From a virus, in the IMG/VR virus record IMGVR_UViG_3300044844_000928: a DNA stretch of 64,000 bases, one strand, 5' to 3'. Position 1 is the stretch's first letter, and each line of letters starts with the position of its first letter. Shown piece by piece: positions 48,201 through 57,952 of the stretch. The position numbers and the translations under genes were made by a program. The notes under the pieces were generated by a model that was given only the letters and a program-made list of their open reading frames with translations, was not told the origin of the DNA and made no database searches.

Positions 48201-48490
48201 TGGGCTCTTACACAGGTAACGGAACAAGTCAAAATATCGAATGTGGATTTGCAGCAGGCGCAAGATTTGTCTTGGTAAAAGCTACCTCAACTACTGGTGA
48301 CTGGTTAGTGGCAGATACTGCTAGAGGAATCGTATCTGGAAGTGAACCAAGATTATCTCTTAATTCAACAGCGGCTGAAGTTACTGGTGAAGATTGGTTA
48401 GATCCTTATGCGCCTGGATTTACGGTAAACCAAACAACTGCTTCAGCAAATGCTTCTGGAGTATCCTACATCTTCTTAGCAATTTCTTAG
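45242..48490 (+). CDS. Tail-fibre-associated/virion protein with beta-propeller-like region and YTGNG repeats
   Basis: FSTYLYTGNG, repeated K.D..G...W.K blades, FFDVVTWTGNG, SKVGSYTGNG, YVAYLFA. Confidence 0.7.
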   Translation: MFTLAANRSDEEGQLYSDDVFSTYLYTGNGSTQTINNGISLASTTGFSSQVVSTTGSANISCSAIYGSDTYLGGYVTESTYGRPFIVKVSGGSVVWSKTIREVDFGPHDFVGTTSIKVDSTGVYVCGGTVSSSTWYTFVCKFDLSGTLLWQTYIKTNNANYPAIRSKLTIDESNQVYVASTAGDAEGSGYVQITKLTSSGVQSWSKKLDRYTTMDVNIAYDSLTSSIIVSTTSSDGVTNATIIIKIASSDGTLAWSKLIYYTLQNFDPGTTRVKNILIDSSSNIILQILATSMNSNNSQASHIIKLNSSGATVFGRAGYNSLRSASYKYYTSCLDSSDNIYVSSYNYTENGLNYIFKLNSSGTLIWSRTLDHTGRDAVIGMVISGNNLIITCYDEVKNTTEIITLDKDNPRDSATTSVGTIGLTTGNWVDSTAYGAIANYVTDGSTTYGAASAIVVGTANLTINNPVGTLSSTAATNYSAINSSGGMVWLKGRSVGSNNTIFDTARGTMKYLLTNSVTSSQNNAPYGIDSFNSNGFGWTNDPTNDYNMSGATYVSWTFRKAPKFFDVVTWTGNGTDDGSKLIQHSLGSVPGMIVAKKTTSTGDWCVKHRSNGTNNGILLNSTAAEAGYGFANNINGLGAATSTQFPVRANLNDAGANYVAYLFAHDTSSTGIIQCGSYTGSASTVSINLGWEPQYVLIKPSTTASGWVIVDSMRGTPVGGQNARLYADASYSEGTGINGPVSPTATGFTVPSTDIGWNNNGQTYIYMAIRRPNKPPTTGTQVYNAITRTGTGAAATVTGVGFAPDLVQISQRPLGAGKNWVWVTRLCGNAVMLSSDNSGAEFTNSVVIQSDSLSTTMDGFRIQTANPVNSASYTYINYSLKRAPGFFDEVCYTGNGVLGQTYNHNLTVSPELIIIKARNSARNWAVYPNTLSSGLYLNLTGSFSDYGSRFTSISSTTFGVQNDESTNFSGYTYVAYLFATLAGISKVGSYTGNGTSQNIECGFAAGARFVLVKATSTTGDWLVADTARGIVSGSEPRLSLNSTAAEVTGEDWLDPYAPGFTVNQTTASANASGVSYIFLAIS

Positions 48491-48498
48491 GAAACAAA

Positions 48499-48978
48499 AT
48501 GGAAATTATCTTTACAAAAACACTACAAGTGGTTTCTGAACAGGAATTCAGAAACCTTAATGCTAACACTAGTTTCCCTCCAATCATTACTGAAGATATC
48601 CTAGCAGATTTTGGTGCTGCTCCAGTGTTTGAAGGTGAACAAGCTACTACGACTACGCCTTATCAATATTCATTCCGTGATGGTGTTAAAGAGGTAAATG
48701 GAAAATATTTTACAAATTATGTTCTAGGACCAGTCTTTACTGATAACGAGAACCAAACTGCTCTTGAACAAGAAGCTGAATACAAAGCACGAATTGATGA
48801 CCAACAAGGTACTTCGGTAAGAACCTCAAGAAACCAGTTATTGAAGGACACTGATTGGACTCAAGTATTGGATGCTCCAGTTGATAAAGATGCTTGGTCA
48901 ACTTACAGACAAGAATTGAGAGATGTTACCACCCAAGAAGGATTTCCTTTTACTATAGTTTGGCCAACTCAACCATAA
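48499..48978 (+). CDS. Tail fibre assembly chaperone
   Basis: R..RN.LL..TDWTQ..D.P.DK..W..YRQ.LRD...Q.GFP....WP; start ATG 48499 after AGGA. Confidence 0.8.
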   Translation: MEIIFTKTLQVVSEQEFRNLNANTSFPPIITEDILADFGAAPVFEGEQATTTTPYQYSFRDGVKEVNGKYFTNYVLGPVFTDNENQTALEQEAEYKARIDDQQGTSVRTSRNQLLKDTDWTQVLDAPVDKDAWSTYRQELRDVTTQEGFPFTIVWPTQP

Positions 48979-48982
48979 AATT

Positions 48983-49033
48983 ATGACACCATTACTACTA
49001 GCACAATTTAGCAATCTTGCTTATAACCGCTAA
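48983..49033 (+). pseudogene. Relic 5' end of a lipase gene
   Basis: MTPLLLAQFSNLAYNR* matches the N-terminus of the 58268 lipase (MITPLMMAKFSELAY) at 9 of 13 positions. Confidence 0.6.
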
Positions 49034-49036
49034 ATA
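49030..49036 (+). promoter_or_regulatory. Putative late promoter
   Basis: CTAAATA upstream of the membrane protein pair. Confidence 0.55.
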
Positions 49037-49072
49037 ATTAAACACATCAAGAAACAATTAAAAGGATTTAAA

Positions 49073-49489
49073 ATGAATGAGACTATTCCACTGGTTGCCA
49101 AACTGTTTAGTAGTTTTTCAGCATTTCTTGGTGGTATCAGTATCGGTTTATTTTGGCAACCAAAACAGCTCCATAAATACGGTGAATTCGTAGCCGGTTT
49201 AATGATTGGCGGGATGTCAATCGGAGCTAGTTTTGCGCTTTGTGGGATTGCTTTGCGCATGCTTGAAATACCGCCTACTGATACTGAATCTATAATGGGA
49301 GTTGGTTATATTATCGGAATTTGTGCTGTGGGTGTGTTATCATTCATAGCCAAATTTTTCGATAATAGAGAAGGGCAAGATATTCTTGAAGTGACTCAAG
49401 AATTGCGTAAAACAGCTCCAAAGGCTACCAGAAAGCCGCCTACTAAACCAAGAAAACCTAGAACACCAAAAGAACCAACCGGTAAATAA
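49073..49489 (+). CDS. Holin-like membrane protein
   Basis: Three hydrophobic segments, basic Pro/Lys-rich C-tail. Confidence 0.55.
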   Translation: MNETIPLVAKLFSSFSAFLGGISIGLFWQPKQLHKYGEFVAGLMIGGMSIGASFALCGIALRMLEIPPTDTESIMGVGYIIGICAVGVLSFIAKFFDNREGQDILEVTQELRKTAPKATRKPPTKPRKPRTPKEPTGK

Positions 49490-49491
49490 AC

Positions 49492-49878
49492 ATGATAGCA
49501 GACGTTGGATTTGTAGCATTAACATTTTTTAATATACTTGCTTCCGTAATATTGTTTTGCGGCTTACTTAGCGACAGACTTCGTTTGTATCCAGTTTGGC
49601 ATAAAATAGGGTTACTGTTAGCTGTTGTTGGGTTACTTTCACAAGTATTCAGAAACATCATTTATTTGGGAACTGGCGTGTCGCCTAGTGATGCGACTTT
49701 ACCACTTTGGGCATGTAAAGATATTGGTATTGACATAATAGCCTTTTATTATTTTAGCAAAGCAGTCGAGCGTTTTTTGGATAAAAAACAAGCTGTCGTT
49801 GTTCCAGACAAAATGTTAAAAGCAGTTAAACCAACGCCGGTTAGAAAGCCAAGAGCCAAAAAAGAAATTGGTAAATAA
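49492..49878 (+). CDS. Membrane protein (holin/antiholin-like)
   Basis: Two to three hydrophobic segments, basic C-tail. Confidence 0.5.
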   Translation: MIADVGFVALTFFNILASVILFCGLLSDRLRLYPVWHKIGLLLAVVGLLSQVFRNIIYLGTGVSPSDATLPLWACKDIGIDIIAFYYFSKAVERFLDKKQAVVVPDKMLKAVKPTPVRKPRAKKEIGK

Positions 49879-49880
49879 CA

Positions 49881-49888
49881 TATAAATA
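49881..49888 (+). promoter_or_regulatory. Late promoter
   Basis: Canonical T4 late TATAAATA. Confidence 0.6.
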
Positions 49889-49917
49889 TAGTAATCGAAT
49901 TTATAAGGATATGAACA

Positions 49918-50628
49918 ATGGCATCATTAACCCTAAGAAACGTCAAGGGTTCTCCTCTTACAAACCAAGAAGGGGATGATAATCTATCAGCACTTAATAC
50001 CGAACTAGGTACTAAGCAAGCAACATTAGTTTCTGGTACCAATATCAAAACCATCAATAACACTAGCATTTTAGGTTCTGGTGACATAACTATTTCTGGT
50101 GGCGGCGGTTCAAGTTTAATTCCTACTGCTATAAAAACATCTGCCTATACTGCTTCAGCTAACGATCTTGTTAGATGTGATACGACTTCTGGCGCTTTTT
50201 CTGTAACTTTGCCTGCTAGTCCTGCTGATGGTACTTCTATTGCATTCTTGGATATGGCAAATACATTTGCTACAAATTATCTAACAATATTACCTAACAC
50301 TGGAAAGACAATTGAATCAGATGCTACTTCTTATATTCTTGACATTAATGGTACTGCTGTATCGTTTGTTTATAATCTAGCATCAACCAATTGGAGATTA
50401 TTACAAACTCCATCTGTACCATTAGCATCAGGAAGTTCAATAGTCAATACAGGAGCTTCTACTAATGTTACTGGTATTCTATTGGGCAATGGAACATCGT
50501 TATCTGGAGTAGCACCAGGAACATCTGGAAATATCCTAACAAGCAATGGAACAACTTGGGTTTCTACTACTTCTACAGCAGCTTCAACCGGCAAAGCAAT
50601 TGCCATGTCTATCGTTTTTGGAGGTTAA
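49918..50628 (+). CDS. Second tail fibre protein
   Basis: MASLTLRNVKGSPLTN.E.D.N anchor paralogous to 43502; KQATLVSGTNIKTIN, DT..GAF.VTLPASP..G, GKAIAMSIVFG. Confidence 0.7.
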   Translation: MASLTLRNVKGSPLTNQEGDDNLSALNTELGTKQATLVSGTNIKTINNTSILGSGDITISGGGGSSLIPTAIKTSAYTASANDLVRCDTTSGAFSVTLPASPADGTSIAFLDMANTFATNYLTILPNTGKTIESDATSYILDINGTAVSFVYNLASTNWRLLQTPSVPLASGSSIVNTGASTNVTGILLGNGTSLSGVAPGTSGNILTSNGTTWVSTTSTAASTGKAIAMSIVFGG

Positions 50629-51018
50629 ATGGCAGCGCCTAATATCGTCGGTGTGACAACCATCACTGGCAAAACAACTTACTTGACACCATCAGTAAAC
50701 ACTAATGTCGTATTGCTACCCAATGCTGCGTCTAGTGGAAAAGTCATAAAATTAAATAACATTATGGCTACTAATGTTGATGGTACTAATTCAATTAATG
50801 CTACAATAGCACTTTATACTAATGGTTCAGTTGCTCAAGGTAGTGCTCCATCTGGAGGTACAGCATATCCATTAATCTATACAGTGGCAGTTCCGGCGGG
50901 TTCAGCATTATCTCTATTAGATAAATCTGTTTATCTTGAAGAAAATATGTCTGTTATAGTTACTTCAGGAACTGCAAGCAAAATAAATTATACAGTTTCT
51001 TACGAAGAGATTTCATAA
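50629..51018 (+). CDS. Conserved virion/tail-associated protein
   Basis: MAAPNIV.VTTI.GKT...NAASSGKV.K.N....NVDGT...YLEE...SYEEIS. Confidence 0.6.
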   Translation: MAAPNIVGVTTITGKTTYLTPSVNTNVVLLPNAASSGKVIKLNNIMATNVDGTNSINATIALYTNGSVAQGSAPSGGTAYPLIYTVAVPAGSALSLLDKSVYLEENMSVIVTSGTASKINYTVSYEEIS

Positions 51019-52088
51019 TGTCAAGATATCAAGGTGGCATGATTGGCAGTGTTGCTAATACTCCTAGCGGAACTGCATATACGGGTAGAGCAAATGGAGT
51101 ATTTCCGCTGCCTCAACAAATTGTAGCAAAAAGTTCATCCTTATGGGCAATAGGTCAAACAGTACCTAATGCACCGACTATAGGGACTGCTACTGGTAAT
51201 GGTAGTACTTCAATATCAGTGGCATTTATTCCTCCAGTTCAAAATGGTGGATCTAGTATTACAAGTTATACTGTCACGAGTTCTGGTGGTCAAACAGCTA
51301 CAGGAGCAAGCTCTCCGATTGTTGTTAGCGGCTTAACCACTAGCACAGCTTACACGTTTACCGTAACAGCTACTAATGCAGTAGGTACAAGTATTAGCTC
51401 TGGAACATCTAATAGTACAACTCCAGCAATTACTGACCCATATTTTAGTTCGGTTAGTTTGTTGTTGAATGGTGATGGTACTAATGGCTCACAGGTATTC
51501 ACTGATTTGAGTAATAGTCCTAAGACTATTACTACTAACGGTAATGCACAAATTAGCACAAGTACTAAGAAATATGGTACTGGTGCTATGTATTTTGATG
51601 GTGCGGGTGATTATTTGAGCACACCTAGCAGTAGTGGGTTTAATTTTGGAACAAGCAATTTTACATTGGAATTATTTTTAAATGTCGCAGGCGTAGGATC
51701 CGGAGATAGGTTTATTATTGATTCTAGCAACGCTCAAAACATTTTATTTAGATGGGCGAGTGGCGGTGAATTGCAATTTTATGCAGTCATTAATGGTTCA
51801 GTGCAGCAGATTCTATCAGCTCCTAAAAATTTAATTGTTGGGACATGGTACCACTTGGCTGTCGTAAGAAGCGGATCTAATTTTTATTTATATGTAAATG
51901 GTATAAACGTTAATAGCTCTACAAATACTGGCAGTTTGAATACCACTAATACTGTAGGAATTAACATTGGAGGTCAATCATCCGGGGACTACTTTAATGG
52001 ATACATCGATGATCTAAGAATAACAAAAGGCGTTGCTCGATACACAACCAACTTTACACCACCAACATCGGCATTCCCAACTTCATGA
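51018..52088 (+). CDS. Fibronectin type III plus LamG/concanavalin-A-like lectin domain protein
   Basis: P.APTIGTAT...V.F.PP..NGGS.ITSYTV...GLT..T.YTFTV.ATN.VG; DPYFS.VSLLL, FDG.GDYL, WYHLAVVR, GYIDDLRITKG.ARY. Confidence 0.85.
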   Translation: MSRYQGGMIGSVANTPSGTAYTGRANGVFPLPQQIVAKSSSLWAIGQTVPNAPTIGTATGNGSTSISVAFIPPVQNGGSSITSYTVTSSGGQTATGASSPIVVSGLTTSTAYTFTVTATNAVGTSISSGTSNSTTPAITDPYFSSVSLLLNGDGTNGSQVFTDLSNSPKTITTNGNAQISTSTKKYGTGAMYFDGAGDYLSTPSSSGFNFGTSNFTLELFLNVAGVGSGDRFIIDSSNAQNILFRWASGGELQFYAVINGSVQQILSAPKNLIVGTWYHLAVVRSGSNFYLYVNGINVNSSTNTGSLNTTNTVGINIGGQSSGDYFNGYIDDLRITKGVARYTTNFTPPTSAFPTS

Positions 52089-52097
52089 GGATAAAAC

Positions 52098-52439
52098 ATG
52101 TCTAAAAGTTTATCACAAACCTTAAGAGGAACAAACTACGGTACTTTGCCTGTATCAGCGGGCGGTACGGGACTGACATCACCAGGAACTGCTGGATATA
52201 TTTTGACTTCTAATGGTACAGCATGGGTATCTCAAGCCGCTCCAGTATCATTGCCTGATCAGACCGGTAATGCTAATAAATACTTAAGAACAGACGGTGC
52301 GACTGCCTCATGGACTTCTATAGCATCATCACTTCAAGTATTAAATCATTCATCATCGGTGATTCAAGTTGCATTAGCAAACGGGTATCTTCCTGTGTTG
52401 AATCATTCAGAAACAACAATTAACGTGAGCGTGAGCTAA
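52098..52439 (+). CDS. Short tail-fibre-like protein
   Basis: LPV..GGTG...G..G.ILTSNG, LP.QTG.A.KYL.TDG. Confidence 0.6.
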   Translation: MSKSLSQTLRGTNYGTLPVSAGGTGLTSPGTAGYILTSNGTAWVSQAAPVSLPDQTGNANKYLRTDGATASWTSIASSLQVLNHSSSVIQVALANGYLPVLNHSETTINVSVS

Positions 52440-53215
52440 TGACAGCACGATACCCTCTAGTCCTAAACGGGACAGCTATTCAAGAATTACAAACCGGCGA
52501 CACTATAACAGGGTTAGCTGCTTCAGGCGAAAATAGCGATATTACATCGCTTTCTGCTTTGACAACTGCGTTAACAGTAGCGCAAGGCGGTTCTGGCGCG
52601 ACAACATTAACCGGCGTAGTAAAAGGTAATGGAACAAGTGCTTTTACCGCAGCGACCGCAGGAACAGATTATGTTGCACCGAGCGGAGCATTAGGTACAC
52701 CCTCTAGCGGCACACTAACAAACTGTACCTTTCCAACGCTTAATCAAAACACCACAGGGACAGCAGCTAACTTATCTGGTACGCCTACATTACCTTCTGG
52801 CATTACACTTAGCGCATCAACACTAGGTGGTAACTTAACGGGTGGTGATTATTCACTGACCCGAACAATGTATAAAGATACAGGTTGGGTTTACTACAAT
52901 AGCAGTACCACAGCGGCTTTAGATTTTACTAACGGCTCTCAGCAACGCTGGGCACCAACGGCTTCAAGCAGCCCTACGTTAACAATTACAAACTGGCCAC
53001 CATCAGGTAACTTAGGTGAGCTTTTAATTGAAGGAGTTAACTTGGGTGCAGCAGGTACAATCACATGGCCTACCATTAACTGGATTACCTCTACAGGCGC
53101 AACAACAACGACATTTGCTTCTAATGGTGTGACTTTGCAAACGTCTGGTACAGACTGGTGCTTACTTTGGACTCGCGATGAGGGTACAACCATTTATGGG
53201 AAGTTTGTGCGATGA
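52439..53215 (+). CDS. Tail-fibre-like protein
   Basis: G.NSDITSL..LTT.L.V.QGG.G, AATAGTDYVAP (shared with 43502), LGTPSSGTLTNCT. Confidence 0.65.
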   Translation: MTARYPLVLNGTAIQELQTGDTITGLAASGENSDITSLSALTTALTVAQGGSGATTLTGVVKGNGTSAFTAATAGTDYVAPSGALGTPSSGTLTNCTFPTLNQNTTGTAANLSGTPTLPSGITLSASTLGGNLTGGDYSLTRTMYKDTGWVYYNSSTTAALDFTNGSQQRWAPTASSSPTLTITNWPPSGNLGELLIEGVNLGAAGTITWPTINWITSTGATTTTFASNGVTLQTSGTDWCLLWTRDEGTTIYGKFVR

Positions 53216-53907
53216 CTATGTTATCGAGATTTGCTACGCTTGGTGGAGGGGGCGGAGGGGGCGGAGGTGACCCTTATTGGGATAATGTGTCTTTACTAAT
53301 TGTTGGTAATGGTGCTAATGGTACGACTACTAATATTAAAGATTCATCAAAAAACAATTTACCCATTACTGTTCATTCAGGGACGATAATTAGTACAGGT
53401 CAAAGTAAATATGGTAGTGGGTCAATACTTGCTAATAGCGGATACTTATCCACTCCATCAACGGCTGTACTACAATTAAATTCAACATCTTTTACTATAG
53501 AAGGATGGGTATATCCGACAGGTGGGTCTAGCTATAGGTCTTTTCTTAGTAAACGAACAGGTGGGACTGCTGAATATGAAGTTGGTATGGGTCCTAGTGG
53601 GTACCTATATGTTTATATAGGCATGGTTGTTTATCAAACAGCAACCGCAATTACTCTAAATACATGGACATATATTACAGTTACTTACGATGGGACAAAT
53701 TTAAGATTGTTTCAAAACGGCAACTTATTATTGACACAATCTATGAGTGGCGCGGGTTCTGGTACAGGTTTCTTAGTTTTTTTCAGGGAAGCTGGGACAC
53801 TTCAGCAACAATATGTAGGGTATCTATATGATGTTAGGATAACTAAAAGCGTGGCTAGGTACACATCTACTTTTACACCACCTACCGAACCATTCCCAAT
53901 AGGATAA
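53212..53907 (+). CDS. LamG/concanavalin-A-like lectin domain protein
   Basis: Poly-Gly linker, DPYW.NVSLL, FTIEGWVYP, GY..DVRITK.VARY...FTPP; paralog of the 51018 C-terminal domain. Confidence 0.8.
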   Translation: MTMLSRFATLGGGGGGGGGDPYWDNVSLLIVGNGANGTTTNIKDSSKNNLPITVHSGTIISTGQSKYGSGSILANSGYLSTPSTAVLQLNSTSFTIEGWVYPTGGSSYRSFLSKRTGGTAEYEVGMGPSGYLYVYIGMVVYQTATAITLNTWTYITVTYDGTNLRLFQNGNLLLTQSMSGAGSGTGFLVFFREAGTLQQQYVGYLYDVRITKSVARYTSTFTPPTEPFPIG

Positions 53908-53911
53908 AAAC

Positions 53912-54481
53912 ATGAAAATAGCCATAATTGAAAATAACCAAATCCTATCTCACGGTGAGCATACAGAGGTTTTTCCTAACGTATCTTTTCCGCCTGAAGG
54001 TCTTGATTTAATGTGGGCGCAAGAGCGCAATGCGTATCAGATACAGTCTGATAAAGCGCATTCACAAACAGAAAAACTAACCTTTGTTGAGCCGTATATT
54101 GAAGGCGGTGTAGTATTTGATGTGATTGTTGAAGCTAAAACACAAGATGAGCTAGACGCTGAAAAAACACAAAAAGCCAATGAAGTGCGGTATAGACGCA
54201 ACGCTTTGCTCACACAGTCAGATTGGACTCAAGTTGCTGATGTTCAAGTCGATAAAGCAATATGGGCAGAATATAGACAAGCACTACGAGATATTACCCT
54301 TCAAGAAGGATTCCCATTCGACATTATTTGGCCATCTCAGCACAAATCTATACCAGTTGAATCTAGCATTCCCGCAGAAGTTCCAGTTAATATTCCGGAA
54401 GAAATAAGCATTTCGGAAGAACCAGTAATTGATATTCCAGCTGGAAGTTCCGATTCAATAGATAGTATAAATATACTGTAG
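53912..54481 (+). CDS. Tail fibre assembly chaperone (second copy)
   Basis: VR..RN.LL..SDWTQ..D...DK..WA.YRQALRDI..Q.GFP..I.WP. Confidence 0.8.
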   Translation: MKIAIIENNQILSHGEHTEVFPNVSFPPEGLDLMWAQERNAYQIQSDKAHSQTEKLTFVEPYIEGGVVFDVIVEAKTQDELDAEKTQKANEVRYRRNALLTQSDWTQVADVQVDKAIWAEYRQALRDITLQEGFPFDIIWPSQHKSIPVESSIPAEVPVNIPEEISISEEPVIDIPAGSSDSIDSINIL

Positions 54482-54491
54482 TAGTGAATTT

Positions 54492-54499
54492 TATAAATA
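54492..54499 (+). promoter_or_regulatory. Late promoter
   Basis: TATAAATA. Confidence 0.6.
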
Positions 54500-54515
54500 A
54501 TAATGAGGAATAATA

Positions 54516-54710
54516 ATGGCGTTAATCTTTACAACTAAAGGTGATCTTGAAGAATCTCTGTTAATCAAAACTGAAGGTTCAGATGAATCAGATAATGAAA
54601 TTTCAAATTGGACTGAGTACCATCTTGATGGTGAACTAGTCAGACGTGATGTTCATTTAATCCTTAAACAACCGGCTACATTTACAGAAACAGTAATAGG
54701 AGAATTTTAA
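54516..54710 (+). CDS. Hypothetical protein
   Basis: GAGG RBS; TTKGD.....L......D...E...W.EY..DGELV.R.VH. Confidence 0.65.
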   Translation: MALIFTTKGDLEESLLIKTEGSDESDNEISNWTEYHLDGELVRRDVHLILKQPATFTETVIGEF

Positions 54711-54711
54711 A

Positions 54712-55170
54712 ATGGCCAATACTCAGGCAATGGCAACTAGTTTTAAACAAGATATTCTTAATGGTATTCATGCTTTTGGGACAACTGTTGTTCGTGCAGC
54801 AACTACAAAGGATACATTTAAGGCGGCGTTATACTTAACATCTGCAACAGTAAATGCATCTACAACTGCATACTCATCAACTGGTGAAGTAACAGGAACA
54901 GGATATACCGCTGGTGGGGTTGCGGTTACAACTGCAACTGCTCCAACAACTTCAGGAACAACAGCATTTTTTACACCATCAGCATCTATTGTATTTTCTG
55001 GAGTTACCTTGAGCACCGCATTTGATGCTGTTCTTATCTATAACGATACGGCTTCAGGTAAAAACGCGGTTTCTGTGCATACCTTTGGCGCTCAAACAGT
55101 TACAGCTGGAACGTTCACTTTGACTATGCCGACTAATGACGCTTCTAATGCGTTAATCAGAATTGCATAA
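54712..55170 (+). CDS. Conserved virion structural protein
   Basis: MANTQAM.TSFK...L.G.H.F...DTFKAALY...TT.YS..GEV.GTGYTAGG...LIYN.T...GTFTL..P...ALIRIA. Confidence 0.7.
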   Translation: MANTQAMATSFKQDILNGIHAFGTTVVRAATTKDTFKAALYLTSATVNASTTAYSSTGEVTGTGYTAGGVAVTTATAPTTSGTTAFFTPSASIVFSGVTLSTAFDAVLIYNDTASGKNAVSVHTFGAQTVTAGTFTLTMPTNDASNALIRIA

Positions 55171-55272
55171 TAAATAATTGTAAATCTTATATTATTATTT
55201 GTGTATATAATACGATAATTGATATGATATAAGTGCTAGTCTAACTAATTTGCAAAGGATGCCTACAAGTTA

Positions 55273-57933
55273 ATGTCTATTATATCTAACAATTCATCGT
55301 ATTATCTTAGTGATTTTATAGATGCAAGTTACATGGAATCTGGCTTCATTACGATGGGGTCAGGTTTTGTTGCGTCTGTAAATCATATAGCTTACATACC
55401 GCTAATTGGTGTATCCGCAACCGTTAATATAGGTACAGTAGGATATTCAACTTCAAATACCGTATCTATTTCTGGTAATACTGCTACATCAGCAGTAGGA
55501 ACAGAACCAACCACAAATTCAATAGCTACTTTATCTGTCTTTGCTACAGGTAGCGTAAACTCATTTGTTTCTAATGTTACAGTCAGTATAACTGGAAATT
55601 CTGCCGCTGTATCGGTAGGCTTAGTTGCGCAATCTTCTCAAATTGCAAGTACAGGTAACACATTAACATCAAATACTGGTACAGTAACAAATTCTAAAAA
55701 TATTAGTGTTGCAAATGTCGCAGCATCTATATTATTGAATTCGTTGACACCAACTTCAACTTACTCCACGTCTGGTGTATTTGTTGGTTCTGTTGTTGGG
55801 GATTTAACAAAATTAACCTCTATTGGGTTAACCGGTAATACAGCATCAACTGCTATCGGGTCTGAACCCAATAACACCATAATAGGTTTAACCGGTAATA
55901 CAGCATCAACTGTTATAGGAATAGTTGGTAATAGTATCAGTGCAGGGTTAACCGAAAACTTTGGGTTTATATCTTTATCTAATGTATATACATCTAGTGA
56001 GTTAAATTTAACTGGCACTGTAGCATCAACTGCTATCGGGTCTGAACCTAACAATACTGTTGTTGGTTTAACCGGTACTGTAGCATCGGTATCACAAAAC
56101 AATTTAATTGCAAGTCAATTTGGTGGGTATAGTGTTTCAAATGTAACAGGCGTCAGTTATATTGGAAACATAAACGCAAATGTATCTATTGGTATACAAG
56201 GAAATGAAACTTCTCTTGTAACTGGGTCAGTATCAACTAACCTTTTGTTTGATGTTTATGGAAACTCTATAGTTGGTTATGTAGGCGACATATCTAAATT
56301 TAATTCTGTAACATTAAACGGTAATACAGCATCAACTGCTATTGGTTCCGAGCCTAACAATACTGTTGTTGGTTTAACCGGTACTGTGGCATCAAATGTT
56401 ACAGGAATAGTTGGTAATAACATCAGTATAGGGTTAAACGGAAATACATCTTTATTTACAGTAAATAATTTAGTCGCAAGTCAATTAGCAGGGGTTACAC
56501 TTGCCGGTAATGTTGCTGTAACTACAAATGGAATAACAAGTCCAGGACAGATAGCACAAATATCTGGAAACCAAGTATCATCTAGCGTTGATACTTTCCA
56601 AATTGTCAACTCTAAAAATTTAACCTATGTTTCTATCAGTTCAAACATAGGTAATGTTGATAAAACAAATACATCGTCAATTTCCGGTAACTCTGCTGTT
56701 ATATCTGTCGGAAATGAGCCTAATAATACTGTTGTTGGTTTAACAAATGTTTTATCAAATTTAACAATAGGAAATATAGGAAAGGCAAATAGTGTTGATG
56801 CAATAGGAAACACAGCGGTAACTTCTATTGGGACGCAAAATAAGTCTATAACGGTACAACTATCTAATGTTGTTGGGTTTGCTCAAATCGGGACAGGCGC
56901 AATATCTGAAAGACTTGCTGGAAATACAGCAAGTACATACATCAATAATGTAACTAAATCTAGTTCTGTATCGTTAACCGGCGCGGTGGCAAATGGATTT
57001 GCTGGATACGAATCAAAAAATAATACTGTAGGATTAAGCGGCGTTGGTTCTGTAGCTTTTGTAAAAGATTTAATTGGAACAATAAATGTTTCTACGACAG
57101 GAAATAATTTAACATCGCAATTAAATTCAATACAGAATGTATACACTGACAAATCGATACAAGGAAATTTAGCATCAATATCTCTTGGTGCAGAACCAAC
57201 AAATGTTAATGTTACATTAAGCGGCGTTGTTTTAAACGCATCAATAGGTAATGTAAATGTAAATAAAACAAATACTGTTGATGGTAATTCTACGTCTGTA
57301 TTTGTTGGTACCACAAATAATTATGTTACAGTAGGATTAAGCGGTAATTCTACTTCTGTATTTGTTGGTTCTGAAACTCCAAATTATGTTTCACCAGTAG
57401 TAGGTGAACATATATCAACTGAAACAGGTGTCACAGGAAGTTCTATTACACTCACTCTTAGTGGAGTAGAAGCGACAACTGTAGCTGGTAGAGTTTACCT
57501 TAACACTTTGAAAGGTAACTCTGCGGAAGTTTATGCTGGAACGACAAACTCTAACGTCATTGTCAATTTACGCGGTAATGTTTCGTTTGGAAGAGTTAAT
57601 ACTGTATCAAAATCATCTTATGTTGGTGTACATGGTGTTGAAGCTGTTGGCGAATTTAACATTGACCCAGAAAATAAAGCAGCAAAATTAACCCGTGTCA
57701 GTGCTATTTGCTCAGTTGGAAATGTTACGGCTAAAACTAACACCAAATTAATTGGAAATATTGCTACTGTCACCTTAAATACAGGCGCGGCTGAATCTGT
57801 TATCGGTGTTGTTAGGTGTAGAGTTAAATGTAGGTTCAATACAAAATACTCAATTAAACCTAAGTTTGGGGTTCAACTAAACAAACAATCTAAATTTGTC
57901 ACAGTGTATAGCATCAAGACAAAAGTTTTTTAA
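55273..57933 (+). CDS. Repetitive beta-rich virion protein
   Basis: ~19-aa periodic GLTGN.AST.IG repeats over 886 aa, with DNA-level copies of ACAGCATCAACTGCTAT.GG. Confidence 0.7.
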   Translation: MSIISNNSSYYLSDFIDASYMESGFITMGSGFVASVNHIAYIPLIGVSATVNIGTVGYSTSNTVSISGNTATSAVGTEPTTNSIATLSVFATGSVNSFVSNVTVSITGNSAAVSVGLVAQSSQIASTGNTLTSNTGTVTNSKNISVANVAASILLNSLTPTSTYSTSGVFVGSVVGDLTKLTSIGLTGNTASTAIGSEPNNTIIGLTGNTASTVIGIVGNSISAGLTENFGFISLSNVYTSSELNLTGTVASTAIGSEPNNTVVGLTGTVASVSQNNLIASQFGGYSVSNVTGVSYIGNINANVSIGIQGNETSLVTGSVSTNLLFDVYGNSIVGYVGDISKFNSVTLNGNTASTAIGSEPNNTVVGLTGTVASNVTGIVGNNISIGLNGNTSLFTVNNLVASQLAGVTLAGNVAVTTNGITSPGQIAQISGNQVSSSVDTFQIVNSKNLTYVSISSNIGNVDKTNTSSISGNSAVISVGNEPNNTVVGLTNVLSNLTIGNIGKANSVDAIGNTAVTSIGTQNKSITVQLSNVVGFAQIGTGAISERLAGNTASTYINNVTKSSSVSLTGAVANGFAGYESKNNTVGLSGVGSVAFVKDLIGTINVSTTGNNLTSQLNSIQNVYTDKSIQGNLASISLGAEPTNVNVTLSGVVLNASIGNVNVNKTNTVDGNSTSVFVGTTNNYVTVGLSGNSTSVFVGSETPNYVSPVVGEHISTETGVTGSSITLTLSGVEATTVAGRVYLNTLKGNSAEVYAGTTNSNVIVNLRGNVSFGRVNTVSKSSYVGVHGVEAVGEFNIDPENKAAKLTRVSAICSVGNVTAKTNTKLIGNIATVTLNTGAAESVIGVVRCRVKCRFNTKYSIKPKFGVQLNKQSKFVTVYSIKTKVF

Positions 57934-57952
57934 CAATTAAAAAGGTAAACCA

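Noticed and set aside
32783-57839. Numerous minus-strand ORFs of 60-190 aa opposite structural genes (also 22321-22893, 62188-62811)
   Set aside because: Shadow ORFs arising from Thr/Ser/Gly/Val codon bias on the coding strand; no RBS or recognisable motifs.
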